Below are positions 51,160 through 62,163 of a DNA stretch of 64,000 nt, in pieces. The notes under the pieces were generated by a model. The model was not told the DNA's origin. It saw nothing but the letters and a program-made list of their open reading frames with translations, and made no database searches. Made by a program: the position numbers and the translations under genes. Numbering within the stretch: position 1 is the stretch's first letter; every line of letters starts with the position of its first letter. Origin of the DNA: Nitrospirales bacterium (GTDB taxonomy: Bacteria > Nitrospirota > Nitrospiria > Nitrospirales > UBA8639); contig OY820905.2 of NCBI GenBank assembly GCA_963555755.3, positions 4,096,001 to 4,160,000 of the forward strand, read 5' to 3'.

Positions 51160-52074
51160 ATGAATGTGATCCCCATTTCCACGTTAAACCATCGCGCCAA
51201 TCGAGATGCCCAAGGTGAGCCCCGGAAGCGGTTGCCGGCTTGGTTCAAGGTGAAAGTGCAGCGAGGAACGCATTATCAGGAAATGCGGCGTCTGGTTGAT
51301 GCGCAAGGGTTACATACAATATGCGAAGAAGCGCGATGTCCGAATATTTGGGAATGTTGGAATAATCGGACGGCGACCTTTTTACTGCTGGGGGATGTGT
51401 GTACCCGGCGGTGCCATTATTGTTCGGTGGAAACGGGAAAGCCGGGCGCGGTTGATGAGGCAGAGCCACGTCGTGTTGCCGAGGCGGTGGAGTCGCTGCA
51501 ATTGCGTCATGCCGTGCTCACCTCGGTGAACCGGGATGATCTGAAAGACGGTGGTGCATCAATCTTTGCTGCAACGATTCACGAGATTCGACGTACAATC
51601 CCGTCTTGTAAGGTCGAAGTGTTGATCCCTGATTTTCAAGGCAGCGAGTCTGCACTTGAACACTTGATGAGTGCGGCTCCTGACATTTTGAACCATAACG
51701 TGGAGACTGTGCCTCGTCTCTTTCCTGCGGTACGGCCTCAAGGAAAATACGCGCGTTCGTTAGAATTACTCGATCGGGCCAAGCGCCTGGGGGCCAAGAC
51801 CAAATCCGGCATGATGGTGGGCATGGGAGAAACGTTTGAAGAAGTTCTGCTGGTTCTTGAAGATCTGCGCTCCGTGGATTGTGATATCGTCTCGATTGGG
51901 CAATACCTTCAGCCCACGAAAGAGCATCGGATCGTGGAGCGATATTACATGCCTCAAGAGTTTGATGAACTGAAAGCACGTGGTACTGCCCTCGGGTTTC
52001 AGCATGTGGAGTCAGGTCCCCTGGTGCGCAGTTCCTATCATGCCGAACAGCAAGTCGAGGGATTGGCACTGTAA
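51160..52074 (+). CDS. lipA: Lipoyl synthase
   Basis: CEEARCPNIWEC, CTRRCHYC, GPLVRSSYHA. Confidence 0.97.
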   Translation: MNVIPISTLNHRANRDAQGEPRKRLPAWFKVKVQRGTHYQEMRRLVDAQGLHTICEEARCPNIWECWNNRTATFLLLGDVCTRRCHYCSVETGKPGAVDEAEPRRVAEAVESLQLRHAVLTSVNRDDLKDGGASIFAATIHEIRRTIPSCKVEVLIPDFQGSESALEHLMSAAPDILNHNVETVPRLFPAVRPQGKYARSLELLDRAKRLGAKTKSGMMVGMGETFEEVLLVLEDLRSVDCDIVSIGQYLQPTKEHRIVERYYMPQEFDELKARGTALGFQHVESGPLVRSSYHAEQQVEGLAL

Positions 52075-52182
52075 GGTGTGACACCTGTTCGACCGACTTC
52101 TGGACATTGCATAATCCTGGGCATAGCCTATAATGAGTTCGAAAGGTTTATCTGAAACCAAAGGGTGTTTTGTTTTGTCCTC

Positions 52183-54315
52183 ATGCGCCTCAAACGCTGG
52201 CTCCTCCTCGCTCCACTCCTGTTAACCGTCTTCCTCCTCCAATCCTATTTTTGGGTTCCAACTTACGAAAAACAAGCGACAGGTAATCCGAAACGCTTGG
52301 TTACGTACATCGAAGGGTCGATTGGTGATGCGAAGGTTCTCAATCCGATATTAAATGCGGATTCGGCCAGCTCGAATATTGTCGGCCATGTCTTTGAAGG
52401 GTTGTTGGATCTTGATGAAAATCTGAACCTGCGTGGTCGCCTGGCTACGAAATGGACCCTATCCGAAAAAGCCTATTTGTTTGTCAGCCCGTCAAATCGC
52501 TTTCCTGACGGCACGGAGGTTTCTGGGCCTCGGTTGGTCAACCGGATTCGATCCGCTCTTCAACGAGCCTCTTTTTCGGTATTGGCTGAAAATGTCAAAG
52601 GCATGGAAGTCGTGCCTCCCACGAGCCTGACACAAAAGATTCCCATTCAAGAGAAGGGTGAAGATGGAAAGCCCAAACGAGGCGAAGTCGAGATTACCTT
52701 CAATATGCCGGAGCGAGTGGCCTTTTCATTACACCAGGTGGATCAAGACTTTTTTGCTAGGCTCATGCCGGTGATTGGCGACCGCTATTTGGAGAACTTT
52801 CCCTATGAGAAGTTTGTCCAGTTCCCCGATGGAATCACACCGGAAATCAAAGCCCAAGTTCGGGCTCAATTGTCAGGAATTTTCCCAGTCGCGGAACACA
52901 ATCCGATCATCGAATTTTCCCTACGAAAAGGCGTCCGTTTTCATGATGGGCATGAGTTTGATGCTGGAGATGTGAAATTTACCTATGAAGCCATCATGAA
53001 TCCAAATAATCTTTCACCACGCACCTCTGATTTTGAACCGATTAAATTTGTGAAAATTCTTGATTCACACAAGGTGCAAGTTGTGTATAAACGGTTATTC
53101 TCCCCTGCGATTAATGCCTGGATGATGGGGATCTTGCCTGAGCACTTACTCAATAAAAAGGCAATGCAGCAGGAAATGGAGAGACGCGAATTATCGGATG
53201 CCGCGCGTGAGGCGTTTGGTATGCGTGATAGTCAGTTTAATCGTCATCCAGTGGGTAGTGGCAGCTATCGGTTTGTTGAATGGCAAAGTGATGAGTTTAT
53301 TCATTTGGAACGATTTGAAACCTATTGGGAAGGCCCAGCAGAATATCATGACTTCTTCATGCGCATCATTCCAGATTTCTTCACGCAAGAAGTGGAGTTC
53401 CATGCGGGGGCGGTGGATGACTATAGTGCTCAGCCGCATCAGGTGGCTCGTTATAAACAGGATGCCCAATATCAAAATTTTTCAAGTTTGGGATTTGGGT
53501 ATACCTATATCGGCTATAACAATCGTCGTCCCTTGCTCTCGGATCCTGAAGTGAGAAGGGCCCTAGGCATGGCGATCAATGTTGAGGAGTTCATTAAATA
53601 TCTGCTGTATGGTGAAGGGGAACGTATTACTGGGCCGTATCCGAAGAATACCCAATGGAATGATCCGAGCGTGGCCCCTTTGCCGTATGACCCAGAAGGG
53701 GCGAAGGCGATATTATTGAAATTAGGTTGGGAAACCAATGCCGATGGGTGGTTGGAAAAGGACGGGAAAATTTTCGAATTTAATCTTATCACCAATAATG
53801 GGAATCCGATTCGAAAAAATATAATGATCATTGCGCAAAATGCCTGGAAAAAGATCGGGGTGAAATGTAATACACAGGTCTTTGAATGGGCAGTATTTCT
53901 CAAGGATTTTGTCAATACGGCACAATTTGATGCGGTCGTGTTGGGTTGGGGTATGGGAGTCGATCCCGATTTATTTCAATTGTGGCACTCGAGTGAGGCT
54001 GGTCCGCAACAATTAAATTTTGTGGGATATAATAATCCCAAAGCAGACGACTTAATCGTCAGGATTCGACAGGAATATGACGTGGCTCGGCAGCGAGACA
54101 TGGCTCATCAATTGCACGAACAAATATATGAGGACCAACCCTATACGTTTCTCTATGCACCCTTAGAAACAAAGGTCTTGGATAAAAAAATTGTCCTCGT
54201 TCATCGTGGAGAAGATGGTCAGGAAACCTATGAAAAAATTTACCCAACCAAAACCGGGAATATTTCGTATTATTTTAAAAAATGGCGAAAACTCGAAATG
54301 ACTCCGAACTTTTAA
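52183..54315 (+). CDS. Peptide ABC transporter substrate-binding protein (family 5)
   Basis: LRKGVRFHDG..DVKFT, PVGSGSY, VRRAL. Confidence 0.9.
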   Translation: MRLKRWLLLAPLLLTVFLLQSYFWVPTYEKQATGNPKRLVTYIEGSIGDAKVLNPILNADSASSNIVGHVFEGLLDLDENLNLRGRLATKWTLSEKAYLFVSPSNRFPDGTEVSGPRLVNRIRSALQRASFSVLAENVKGMEVVPPTSLTQKIPIQEKGEDGKPKRGEVEITFNMPERVAFSLHQVDQDFFARLMPVIGDRYLENFPYEKFVQFPDGITPEIKAQVRAQLSGIFPVAEHNPIIEFSLRKGVRFHDGHEFDAGDVKFTYEAIMNPNNLSPRTSDFEPIKFVKILDSHKVQVVYKRLFSPAINAWMMGILPEHLLNKKAMQQEMERRELSDAAREAFGMRDSQFNRHPVGSGSYRFVEWQSDEFIHLERFETYWEGPAEYHDFFMRIIPDFFTQEVEFHAGAVDDYSAQPHQVARYKQDAQYQNFSSLGFGYTYIGYNNRRPLLSDPEVRRALGMAINVEEFIKYLLYGEGERITGPYPKNTQWNDPSVAPLPYDPEGAKAILLKLGWETNADGWLEKDGKIFEFNLITNNGNPIRKNIMIIAQNAWKKIGVKCNTQVFEWAVFLKDFVNTAQFDAVVLGWGMGVDPDLFQLWHSSEAGPQQLNFVGYNNPKADDLIVRIRQEYDVARQRDMAHQLHEQIYEDQPYTFLYAPLETKVLDKKIVLVHRGEDGQETYEKIYPTKTGNISYYFKKWRKLEMTPNF

Positions 54316-54397
54316 GGTTCCTTCACTAAATTGGGAAAGTCGGGAGGAAGGATTTTTCTTGCCATAGATTTTTTACGCGTACGAAGATTAAGAAAAT

Positions 54398-55360
54398 ATG
54401 CTGGCCTACATCGGTCGAAATATTGCACTTCGGGTCGTTCTGCTCTTTATTGTCTCGGTGCTGATTCATGGATTGATCCATCTCGCGCCAGGTGAACCGA
54501 GTGCGGTGGACCCCTCCAATCCGCGAATGAAGCCGCAGGATATTGCCAAAATTCGAGCGGCGTTTCATTTGGACGATCCCTTGTATCTTCAGTATGTCTA
54601 TTGGGTGAGAGATCTCGCCCGAGGGGAGTTGAAGTCGTTTAAGGATAATCAGCCAGTCCTCGGGAAAATTTGGCGACGGTTTTTAAATTCCCTCCCGCTT
54701 TTTATATGTTCAACGTTAATTGTATGGACGTTAGCCTTTCCAGTGGGGATTCAAGCCGCGATTCGAAGGGGTGCAGTGTTTGACCGGTCAAGTACATTGG
54801 TCGCCTATGCGTTGATCTCCTTTCCAGGATTCTTTTTGTCGTACATCATGATCTTAGGTGTTGTTGAAGTATTTCATGTGCCGGTTATTGGGCTCAGAAC
54901 TTTTGGAATGGAAGGGGCGACAGGAGCCTTTCAATTTATGGATCGGGTGTGGCATTTGGTGCTTCCCTCTTTATTGGGAGCTCTAGGTGGGATTGCTATT
55001 CTTTCTCGATATGTCCGTTCTCAAATGCTTGAGGTGGTGAGCCAAGATTATGTTCGGACTGCCAAAGCGAAGGGGTTGCACCAGGATGTGGTCATTTATC
55101 GGCATGCTCTGAGAAACGCCCTGCTGCCCTTTATTACGATGTTTGGTCTGCTCATCCCTGGGTTAGTTGGCGGATCGGTAATTTTTGAAACGATTTTTGC
55201 CTGGCCGGGGCTCGGGCTTCTTGGGTATGAGGCCATTCTCTCGAGAGACTTTCCTGTTATTCTCACATTAAATGTGTTTGGCGCGATGTTGACGTTGCTT
55301 GGGACGCTTGTCTCAGATGTGTTGTATGGGGTGGCCGATCCCAGAATTCGGTTGGAATAA
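54398..55360 (+). CDS. Peptide ABC permease (OppB/DppB-like)
   Basis: DYVRTAKAKGL..HALRNA; DPRIR. Confidence 0.92.
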   Translation: MLAYIGRNIALRVVLLFIVSVLIHGLIHLAPGEPSAVDPSNPRMKPQDIAKIRAAFHLDDPLYLQYVYWVRDLARGELKSFKDNQPVLGKIWRRFLNSLPLFICSTLIVWTLAFPVGIQAAIRRGAVFDRSSTLVAYALISFPGFFLSYIMILGVVEVFHVPVIGLRTFGMEGATGAFQFMDRVWHLVLPSLLGALGGIAILSRYVRSQMLEVVSQDYVRTAKAKGLHQDVVIYRHALRNALLPFITMFGLLIPGLVGGSVIFETIFAWPGLGLLGYEAILSRDFPVILTLNVFGAMLTLLGTLVSDVLYGVADPRIRLE

Positions 55361-55399
55361 TCTGGGCAGGAATATGAAACACTCATTGGCATCAAAAGT

Positions 55400-56380
55400 A
55401 TGAACACCGTGAATCGTCCTGTTGCCTCGGTAGATGCCGAAAAGCTTCCTCCACCTGAGACACCGTGGCAAGAATTTATCCGGGTGTATAAAAAAGATCG
55501 GTTGGCAGTCGTGAGTTCGATTGTCCTGGCCATTCTGGTGGTCGTGGGTATCAGCGGGAAAGTGTTCACTGAATGGGTGGTCGTGTTCGATGCGGAAGTC
55601 GTTCGGCTTCCCGATAAGTTTCTTCCTCCGTTGTCTACGCCATCTGTTGATATCATTCCTGCCCCAGACCTTCCCCAATTGGGTGTCTACGTATTTGGAA
55701 CGGATGAATTGGGGCGTGACGTGTTTGCTCGAATGCTCCAAGGGTCTTTTGTTTCACTGTCCATTGGATTCGTCGCGGTGGGGATATCCGTGGTCGTTGG
55801 AATTTTATTAGGGGGGCTTGCGGGGTTTTTTGGCAATATACAATTACTGAAAATTATGACCGTCGATACGCTCATCATGCGGTTTACAGATGTCATGCTC
55901 TGTATCCCAACGTTTTTTCTGATTTTGACCGTGGTCGCACTGCTCCCGCCAAGTATATACAACATCATGATTGTGATTGGGTTGTTCGGGTGGATGGGTA
56001 CGTGTCGGTTTGTCCGTGCAGAAATATTGGCGTTGCGGCAGCAAGATTTCGTGGTGGCGGCTGAAGCCCTTGGCCTACCTAAAGCAAGAATAATTTTTCG
56101 TCATTTGGTTCCGAATGCACTTGCTCCAGTGTTGGTCTCGACCACGATTGGTGTCGCGACAGCAATACTGACCGAATCGGGGCTGAGTTTTTTAGGATTT
56201 GGCGTTCAACCGCCGTATGCCACATGGGGAAATATTTTGACGGACGGGAAAGGTTTTATCTTTGATGCACCCTGGTTGTTCGTGATTCCAGGTATGGCTA
56301 TTTTTGTAGTTGTGCTCGCGTTTAATATAGTAGGCGAAGGGCTTCGTGAAGCGCTCAACCCGAAACTGCGGAGACGATAA
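55400..56380 (+). CDS. Peptide ABC permease (OppC/DppC-like)
   Basis: GTDELGRD; LSFLGFG. Confidence 0.92.
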   Translation: MNTVNRPVASVDAEKLPPPETPWQEFIRVYKKDRLAVVSSIVLAILVVVGISGKVFTEWVVVFDAEVVRLPDKFLPPLSTPSVDIIPAPDLPQLGVYVFGTDELGRDVFARMLQGSFVSLSIGFVAVGISVVVGILLGGLAGFFGNIQLLKIMTVDTLIMRFTDVMLCIPTFFLILTVVALLPPSIYNIMIVIGLFGWMGTCRFVRAEILALRQQDFVVAAEALGLPKARIIFRHLVPNALAPVLVSTTIGVATAILTESGLSFLGFGVQPPYATWGNILTDGKGFIFDAPWLFVIPGMAIFVVVLAFNIVGEGLREALNPKLRRR

Positions 56381-56383
56381 ACA

Positions 56384-57376
56384 TTGAATTCCTCAAACAG
56401 CCATCTTCTCGATGTTTCTCACCTCTATACCTCCTTCTTCTCGGATAAGGGTGAGATTCGAGCGGTGGAGGATGTGAGCTTTTCTATTCAGCCTGGGCAA
56501 ACGTTGGCGCTGGTTGGAGAATCGGGCTGTGGGAAATCCGTTATGGCATTGTCCATCATGCAGTTGTTAGATTATCCCGGAAGGGTCGTGAGTGGAAAGA
56601 TTGTCTTTAAAGGGCACGACTTGTTGACCTTGCCGAATAAAGAAATCCGCAAGGTACGCGGCAACCAAATTGGGATGGTCTTTCAAGAGCCAATGACGTC
56701 ACTTAATCCCGTCTTCACGATCGGCGATCAAATCGGTGAGGTGTTGGAAATTCATACCACCCTGTCTAGACATGAAGTCCGGCAAGAAGTCATCCGCTTA
56801 CTGGAGAAAGTCCACATCCCTTCGGCAGAACAGCGTATCAATCAATATCCGCATGAAATGTCGGGAGGCATGAAACAACGTGTAATGATTGCGATGGCGT
56901 TAGCGTGCAAGCCTGATCTCCTCATTGCCGATGAACCGACCACGGCCTTGGATGTCACGATTCAAGCGCAGATTTTAGAATTGCTCAAAGAGCTGCAACA
57001 AGAAATGGGCATGGCAATTTTGCTCATCACCCATAATCTTGGGGTGGTCGCTCAGTTTGCCCAGGACGTCATCGTGATGTACGCCAGTCGAATCGTGGAG
57101 CGTGCCAGTGTGTCGAAGCTCTTTGCCAACCCATCGCATCCGTACACGCGAGCGCTGTTGCGCTCGTTACCGAAACCTGGCCTGCGAGAGAAAAGGCTTG
57201 AGTCGATCCACGGTACGGTTCCCTCGCCGTTGGTCTATCCCAAAGGTTGTCATTTTTCGACGCGGTGCCCAGAGGTCTTGGAATGTTGCGCTGAGGAAGA
57301 ACCGCCATTGGTTCAGATAGAGTCTGACCATGAGGCTGTGTGTTGGTTGCACGATTCCAAAATTTTGAAGGTCTAA
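56384..57376 (+). CDS. Peptide ABC ATP-binding protein (OppD-like)
   Basis: [25 protein letters not shown]-terminal Cys motif. Confidence 0.93.
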   Translation: MNSSNSHLLDVSHLYTSFFSDKGEIRAVEDVSFSIQPGQTLALVGESGCGKSVMALSIMQLLDYPGRVVSGKIVFKGHDLLTLPNKEIRKVRGNQIGMVFQEPMTSLNPVFTIGDQIGEVLEIHTTLSRHEVRQEVIRLLEKVHIPSAEQRINQYPHEMSGGMKQRVMIAMALACKPDLLIADEPTTALDVTIQAQILELLKELQQEMGMAILLITHNLGVVAQFAQDVIVMYASRIVERASVSKLFANPSHPYTRALLRSLPKPGLREKRLESIHGTVPSPLVYPKGCHFSTRCPEVLECCAEEEPPLVQIESDHEAVCWLHDSKILKV

Positions 57377-57521
57377 GGATCTGAGAGAAAATAACTTGAA
57401 TAATTTCGCGCCAAGATTTGGGTTGGATTTGGACGGAACGATTGAGAAAAACCCGAGGCATAGCACAGCTATGTTGAGGGTTTTTCGATTGAGGCCCGTT
57501 CAAAGATGGCCCGAAGATTGG

Positions 57522-59759
57522 ATGCGAAATTATTCAAGTTATTTTCTCTCAGATCCTAAAGCCAGAGAGAGAGTATTCTTGAGAGTCCTGGGTTCCCTCA
57601 TTGTCGTAATAGGCGCATTGAATGGCTGCACTGGTGAAGTGTGGAATAATCCGTATCCAGCACAGGAAAACGATAAGAATATTCTGTATTCCGATTTTGG
57701 ATCACGTCCCAAACATCTTGATCCCGTGCGTTCATATAGTTCCAATGAATACGCGATCATTGGCAATATTTATGAACCCCCGTTGCAATATCACTACCTG
57801 AAACGTCCGTATACCTTGGTGCCATTAACGGCAACTGAGATGCCCAAGCCGGTTTTTCTCGACAGGGTAGGCAATCGTCTGCCGGACGATGCGTCGGTTG
57901 AGGATATTGCCTTCAGTCTGTACGAAATCCGAATTCAACCGGGCATTCGCTATCAACCACATCCAGCTCTAGCGGTAGATAGTGAAGGGCACTACATGTA
58001 TCACACCCTTGAGCGTGATGTTCTTGCTGGAATTCACACTCTTTCGGATTTTGAGCACGTGGGGACTCGGGAACTCCTGGCGGAAGATTATGTGTATCAA
58101 ATTAAACGCATGGCACATCCGTCCTACAGCTGTCCGATCTTCGGTCTGATGACCGAATATATCGATGGATTGGCTGAATATGCCAAAACGCTGAAGACAG
58201 TTCATGATTCAAACTTTCAGCAAGGGAACTCTCCTGGTTGGTTCGATCTGCGTCAGCATGACTTTCCTGGCGTAGAAGTGGTGGACCGCTATACGTACCG
58301 CATTCGAATCAAAGGGAAGTATCCGCAGTTCAAATACTGGTTGGCTATGCCGTTTTTTGCGCCCATGCCTTGGGAGGCCGAGCGGTTTCATGCCCAGCCT
58401 GGAATGAAAGACAAAAACTTGACTCTCCACTGGTACCCTATTGGGACCGGGCCGTATATGCTGACGGTCAATAATCCCAATCTCCGCATGGTCATGGAAC
58501 GCAATCCGAATTTTCACGGCGAGACGTATCCAACCGAAGGGATGCCAGGAGATGAAGCAAAGGGGCTGTTGAACGACGCTGGGCAACCCATGCCGTTTAT
58601 TGAACAGGTCGTCCAAAGTCTGGAAAAAGAATCCATTCCGCGCTGGAATAAATTCCTCCAAGGTTATTACGACGTCTCTGGTATTGTTTCAGATACGTTC
58701 GATCAGGCTGTCAAGATTGGTGGGGGCGGAGAGCTCTCTCTGACTGAGGAAATGCAGACCAAGGGGATTCGACTTTCTACAGCGGTCGCGACTTCCACAT
58801 ATTATTTTGGGTTCAATATGCTCGACCCGGTTGTTGGACAGCCAGCTGGCGAAAAAGGCAAATTTCTCCGGCAAGCCATTGCCATTGCCGTTGACTATGA
58901 AGAATACATCTCGATTTTTTTGAACGGTCGCGGCATTGCCGCCCAGAGCCCCCTTCCACCTGGGATCTTTGGATACCGGGAAGGTGAGGCCGGGATCAAT
59001 CCGATGGTGTATGAGTGGAAGAACAATCGCCCGGTACGCCGTTCGTTACATGAGGCAAAGGCCTTACTAGAGAAGGCCGGGTATCCGGAAGGTCGACATG
59101 CCAAGACAGGCGAGCCTTTGAAGTTGTTTTTTGATGTCACGGCAAGCGGTCCGGACGACAAAGCCCGATTAAATTGGTGGCGAAAACAGTTTGCCAAGTT
59201 GAATATTGAACTGATTGTCAGGGGGACGGATTACAACCGCTTCCAGGACAAGATGCTCAAGGGAACGGCGCAGTTGTTTCAGTGGGGGTGGAATGCCGAC
59301 TACCCTGATCCCGAAAACTTTTTATTTTTACTCTACGGACCCAATGGCAAGAAAAAATACAAGGGGGAAAACGCCGGCAACTATCAGAGCGAGAAGTTCG
59401 ATGACCTCTACGAGAAGATGAAAAATATGGATAATAGTCCGACTCGGCAAGCCCTTGTCGACCAAATGGTCAAAATCCTGAGGGTGGATTCCCCCTGGCT
59501 TTGGGGAATCCACCCCAAGAGTTTTAGTCTCTATCACGACTGGTTTTTCAACTCTAAGCCAAACCTGATGGCGAATAACACACTGAAATACAAACGCATT
59601 GACCCGTCGTTGCGCATGGAAAAGCGGAGAAGCTGGAATCAACCTATTACATGGCCCCTTTGGGGCGGGACCGCGGTCTTGCTTGCGAGTCTGATCCCGG
59701 CAGTAGTCAGTTTCCGTCGACGCCAGCGCGCACGGCCACAAACAGGAGTTCAGGGATGA
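57522..59759 (+). CDS. Peptide ABC substrate-binding lipoprotein (start uncertain)
   Basis: Lipobox LNGC; PIGTGPY; WNADYPDPENFL. Confidence 0.88.
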   Translation: MRNYSSYFLSDPKARERVFLRVLGSLIVVIGALNGCTGEVWNNPYPAQENDKNILYSDFGSRPKHLDPVRSYSSNEYAIIGNIYEPPLQYHYLKRPYTLVPLTATEMPKPVFLDRVGNRLPDDASVEDIAFSLYEIRIQPGIRYQPHPALAVDSEGHYMYHTLERDVLAGIHTLSDFEHVGTRELLAEDYVYQIKRMAHPSYSCPIFGLMTEYIDGLAEYAKTLKTVHDSNFQQGNSPGWFDLRQHDFPGVEVVDRYTYRIRIKGKYPQFKYWLAMPFFAPMPWEAERFHAQPGMKDKNLTLHWYPIGTGPYMLTVNNPNLRMVMERNPNFHGETYPTEGMPGDEAKGLLNDAGQPMPFIEQVVQSLEKESIPRWNKFLQGYYDVSGIVSDTFDQAVKIGGGGELSLTEEMQTKGIRLSTAVATSTYYFGFNMLDPVVGQPAGEKGKFLRQAIAIAVDYEEYISIFLNGRGIAAQSPLPPGIFGYREGEAGINPMVYEWKNNRPVRRSLHEAKALLEKAGYPEGRHAKTGEPLKLFFDVTASGPDDKARLNWWRKQFAKLNIELIVRGTDYNRFQDKMLKGTAQLFQWGWNADYPDPENFLFLLYGPNGKKKYKGENAGNYQSEKFDDLYEKMKNMDNSPTRQALVDQMVKILRVDSPWLWGIHPKSFSLYHDWFFNSKPNLMANNTLKYKRIDPSLRMEKRRSWNQPITWPLWGGTAVLLASLIPAVVSFRRRQRARPQTGVQG

Positions 59760-60733
59760 TCGCTTATGTGATCCGTCGAGTGATGTATGCCATCCCGATT
59801 CTTATCGGGGTCAACTTGATTACGTTTACCTTGTTCTTTGTTGTCAATCCCCCAGACAATATGGCGCGTCTTCACCTTGGTCTTCGACATGTGACGGACG
59901 CGAGCATTGAAAAGTGGAAATCTCAGCATGGATACGACAAACCATTGATCATCAACTATGAAGAGTCGGGACTCGCAACGTTGACTGAAACCGTCTTCTT
60001 TAACAAGTCAGTCAAGCTGTTCGTATTTGATTTTGGTGTGTCCGATAACGGACGTGATATTTCTTACGATATCAGCCAGCGGATGTGGCCAAGTCTCGCC
60101 ATTGCCGTGCCTTCCCTCATGATTGCCCTCATGGTGAATATCTCGTTTGCCCTGCTGCTCTCATTCTTTCGTGCGAGCTATATCGATCTGTGGGGGGTGG
60201 TGTTTTGCGTCATGATGATGTCAATCTCTGCCTTGTTTTATTATATTGGCGGCCAATTTTTGATTGGCAAACTTTTGCATCTGGTCCCCATCTCAGGATA
60301 TGACACCGGATTGGATGCCACCAAGTTCCTTCTGTTACCGGTCATCATCGGAGTCATCGCAGGAATTGGCTCGCTCACCCGTTGGTATCGCACGTTCTTT
60401 CTGGAGGAAATCAATAAGGACTTCGTGCGAACTGCTCGAGCAAAAGGATTGTCCGAAGTCGTGGTCCTGTTCCGCCATGTGTTACAGAATGCGCTCATCC
60501 CCATCCTGACCGGGATTGTGGCGGCCCTGCCGTTGTTGTTTATGGGTAGCCTTATTCTCGAGTCGTTCTTTGGTATCCCTGGTCTTGGTAGCTATACCAT
60601 CGATGCCATTAATCAACAGGATTTTGCCATTGTCCGCGCCATGGTGTTTCTTGGTTCTGTCCTGTATATCGTAGGGCTTGTCCTCACTGATATTTCCTAC
60701 ACCTTCGTTGATCCCAGGGTGCGATTACAGTAA
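59756..60733 (+). CDS. Peptide ABC permease
   Basis: DFVRTARAKGL; DPRVRL. Confidence 0.92.
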   Translation: MIAYVIRRVMYAIPILIGVNLITFTLFFVVNPPDNMARLHLGLRHVTDASIEKWKSQHGYDKPLIINYEESGLATLTETVFFNKSVKLFVFDFGVSDNGRDISYDISQRMWPSLAIAVPSLMIALMVNISFALLLSFFRASYIDLWGVVFCVMMMSISALFYYIGGQFLIGKLLHLVPISGYDTGLDATKFLLLPVIIGVIAGIGSLTRWYRTFFLEEINKDFVRTARAKGLSEVVVLFRHVLQNALIPILTGIVAALPLLFMGSLILESFFGIPGLGSYTIDAINQQDFAIVRAMVFLGSVLYIVGLVLTDISYTFVDPRVRLQ

Positions 60734-62163
60734 TGCTTTCGACCTTTCTCGATGTTGACTTCGTGTTGCTGTGGACTGACGCGCTGATATATCTCCTGGT
60801 CGGCGCAGTCATAGGGGTGTGGTGGTATGCCCGATCACGTGAGCATTTGCTTGCCCCATGGCGGCAGGTGCTGAGGAAACCATTGGGAATGAGTGCGTTA
60901 CTGGTGTTGGGGATCTATCTTTTTATTGGTCTGGCCGACTCGGTTCATTACAAGCCTCGCATTGGGGAAGATGCACAAGGAAAGCCCCAATATGCCGCAC
61001 AGATCTGGAGTGGGTTAGATGCCGCTCTCACGCCATTACGTGACAGAGGTGAAAAGACATATTCCGCTCCGTTTGCCGTGCATTTATATATGAAGGAAAC
61101 GATCGAGGACAGCAGCGGGACGAAACGACGGGAATATCCAAGACTCAAATTTGGTGGTAGGCACCTCAGTGACCCAGCGCGCGAACATTCAGATGATATC
61201 CTGCAACGCATCGTCATTGGCATTGCCACGGGAGTAGGGGGTGCCATCGCCATTGTTCTCCTCGTGGCAGGGACTCTCTCGATTCGTTGTAAGGAAACAT
61301 TGAGCACCGTGTTCGTGACCATGGTCAAAGGCCAACGCGATCTTCCGTGGCGGAGTCTGTTCGGCACGCTTCTGGGTCTCACGATCTTTATGGGTGTCCT
61401 GTGGAACACAGCGGGCTCCTATCATGTGTTTGGCACTGACAAAGTGGGTGAGGATGTCCTGTATCAGTCGCTCAAAAGCATCAGAACCGGCCTTCTCATT
61501 GGGACACTCACCACTTTGGTGATGCTACCTTTTGCCATCCTGCTCGGGATCATGGCTGGATTTTTCAAAGGCTGGATCGATGATGTCATCCAATATATCT
61601 ATACCACCTTGAATTCCATTCCCGGTGTGTTGTTGATCGCGTCAGCGGTCCTCATGATGTTGGTCTATATGGAAACGCATCCGGGAATGTTCGGCACGGG
61701 CGTGGAGCGTGCTGATTTTCGTCTGTTATTTTTGTGCGTCATCTTGGGCGTCACGAGTTGGACGGGGTTATGCCGATTGCTACGGGCCGAGACCCTGAAG
61801 TTAAGCGAATTGGAATATGTCCAGGCGGCCACGGCGTTGGGGGTAACGCACTTCACGATCATTTTTCGTCATGTCCTGCCTAACGTCATGCATATTGTGC
61901 TCATTGCGATCGCGATGGATTTCAGCGGTCTTGTGTTGGCCGAAGCGGTCCTGTCCTATCTCAATATCGGAGTCGATCCCACTACGTACAGCTGGGGGAA
62001 TATGATCAATAGCGCCCGTCTTGAAATGGCTCGCGAACCCATTGTGTGGTGGTCTCTGTTCGCGTCATTTTTCTTCATGTTCCTGCTTGTGCTCAGCGCG
62101 AATCTCTTTGCCGATGCGGTTCGGGATGCCTTTGACCCGCGTCTCAGGGAACATCAAGGATGA
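60733..62163 (+). CDS. Peptide ABC permease
   Basis: GTDKVGED; EYVQAATALG; DAFDPR. Confidence 0.9.
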   Translation: MLSTFLDVDFVLLWTDALIYLLVGAVIGVWWYARSREHLLAPWRQVLRKPLGMSALLVLGIYLFIGLADSVHYKPRIGEDAQGKPQYAAQIWSGLDAALTPLRDRGEKTYSAPFAVHLYMKETIEDSSGTKRREYPRLKFGGRHLSDPAREHSDDILQRIVIGIATGVGGAIAIVLLVAGTLSIRCKETLSTVFVTMVKGQRDLPWRSLFGTLLGLTIFMGVLWNTAGSYHVFGTDKVGEDVLYQSLKSIRTGLLIGTLTTLVMLPFAILLGIMAGFFKGWIDDVIQYIYTTLNSIPGVLLIASAVLMMLVYMETHPGMFGTGVERADFRLLFLCVILGVTSWTGLCRLLRAETLKLSELEYVQAATALGVTHFTIIFRHVLPNVMHIVLIAIAMDFSGLVLAEAVLSYLNIGVDPTTYSWGNMINSARLEMAREPIVWWSLFASFFFMFLLVLSANLFADAVRDAFDPRLREHQG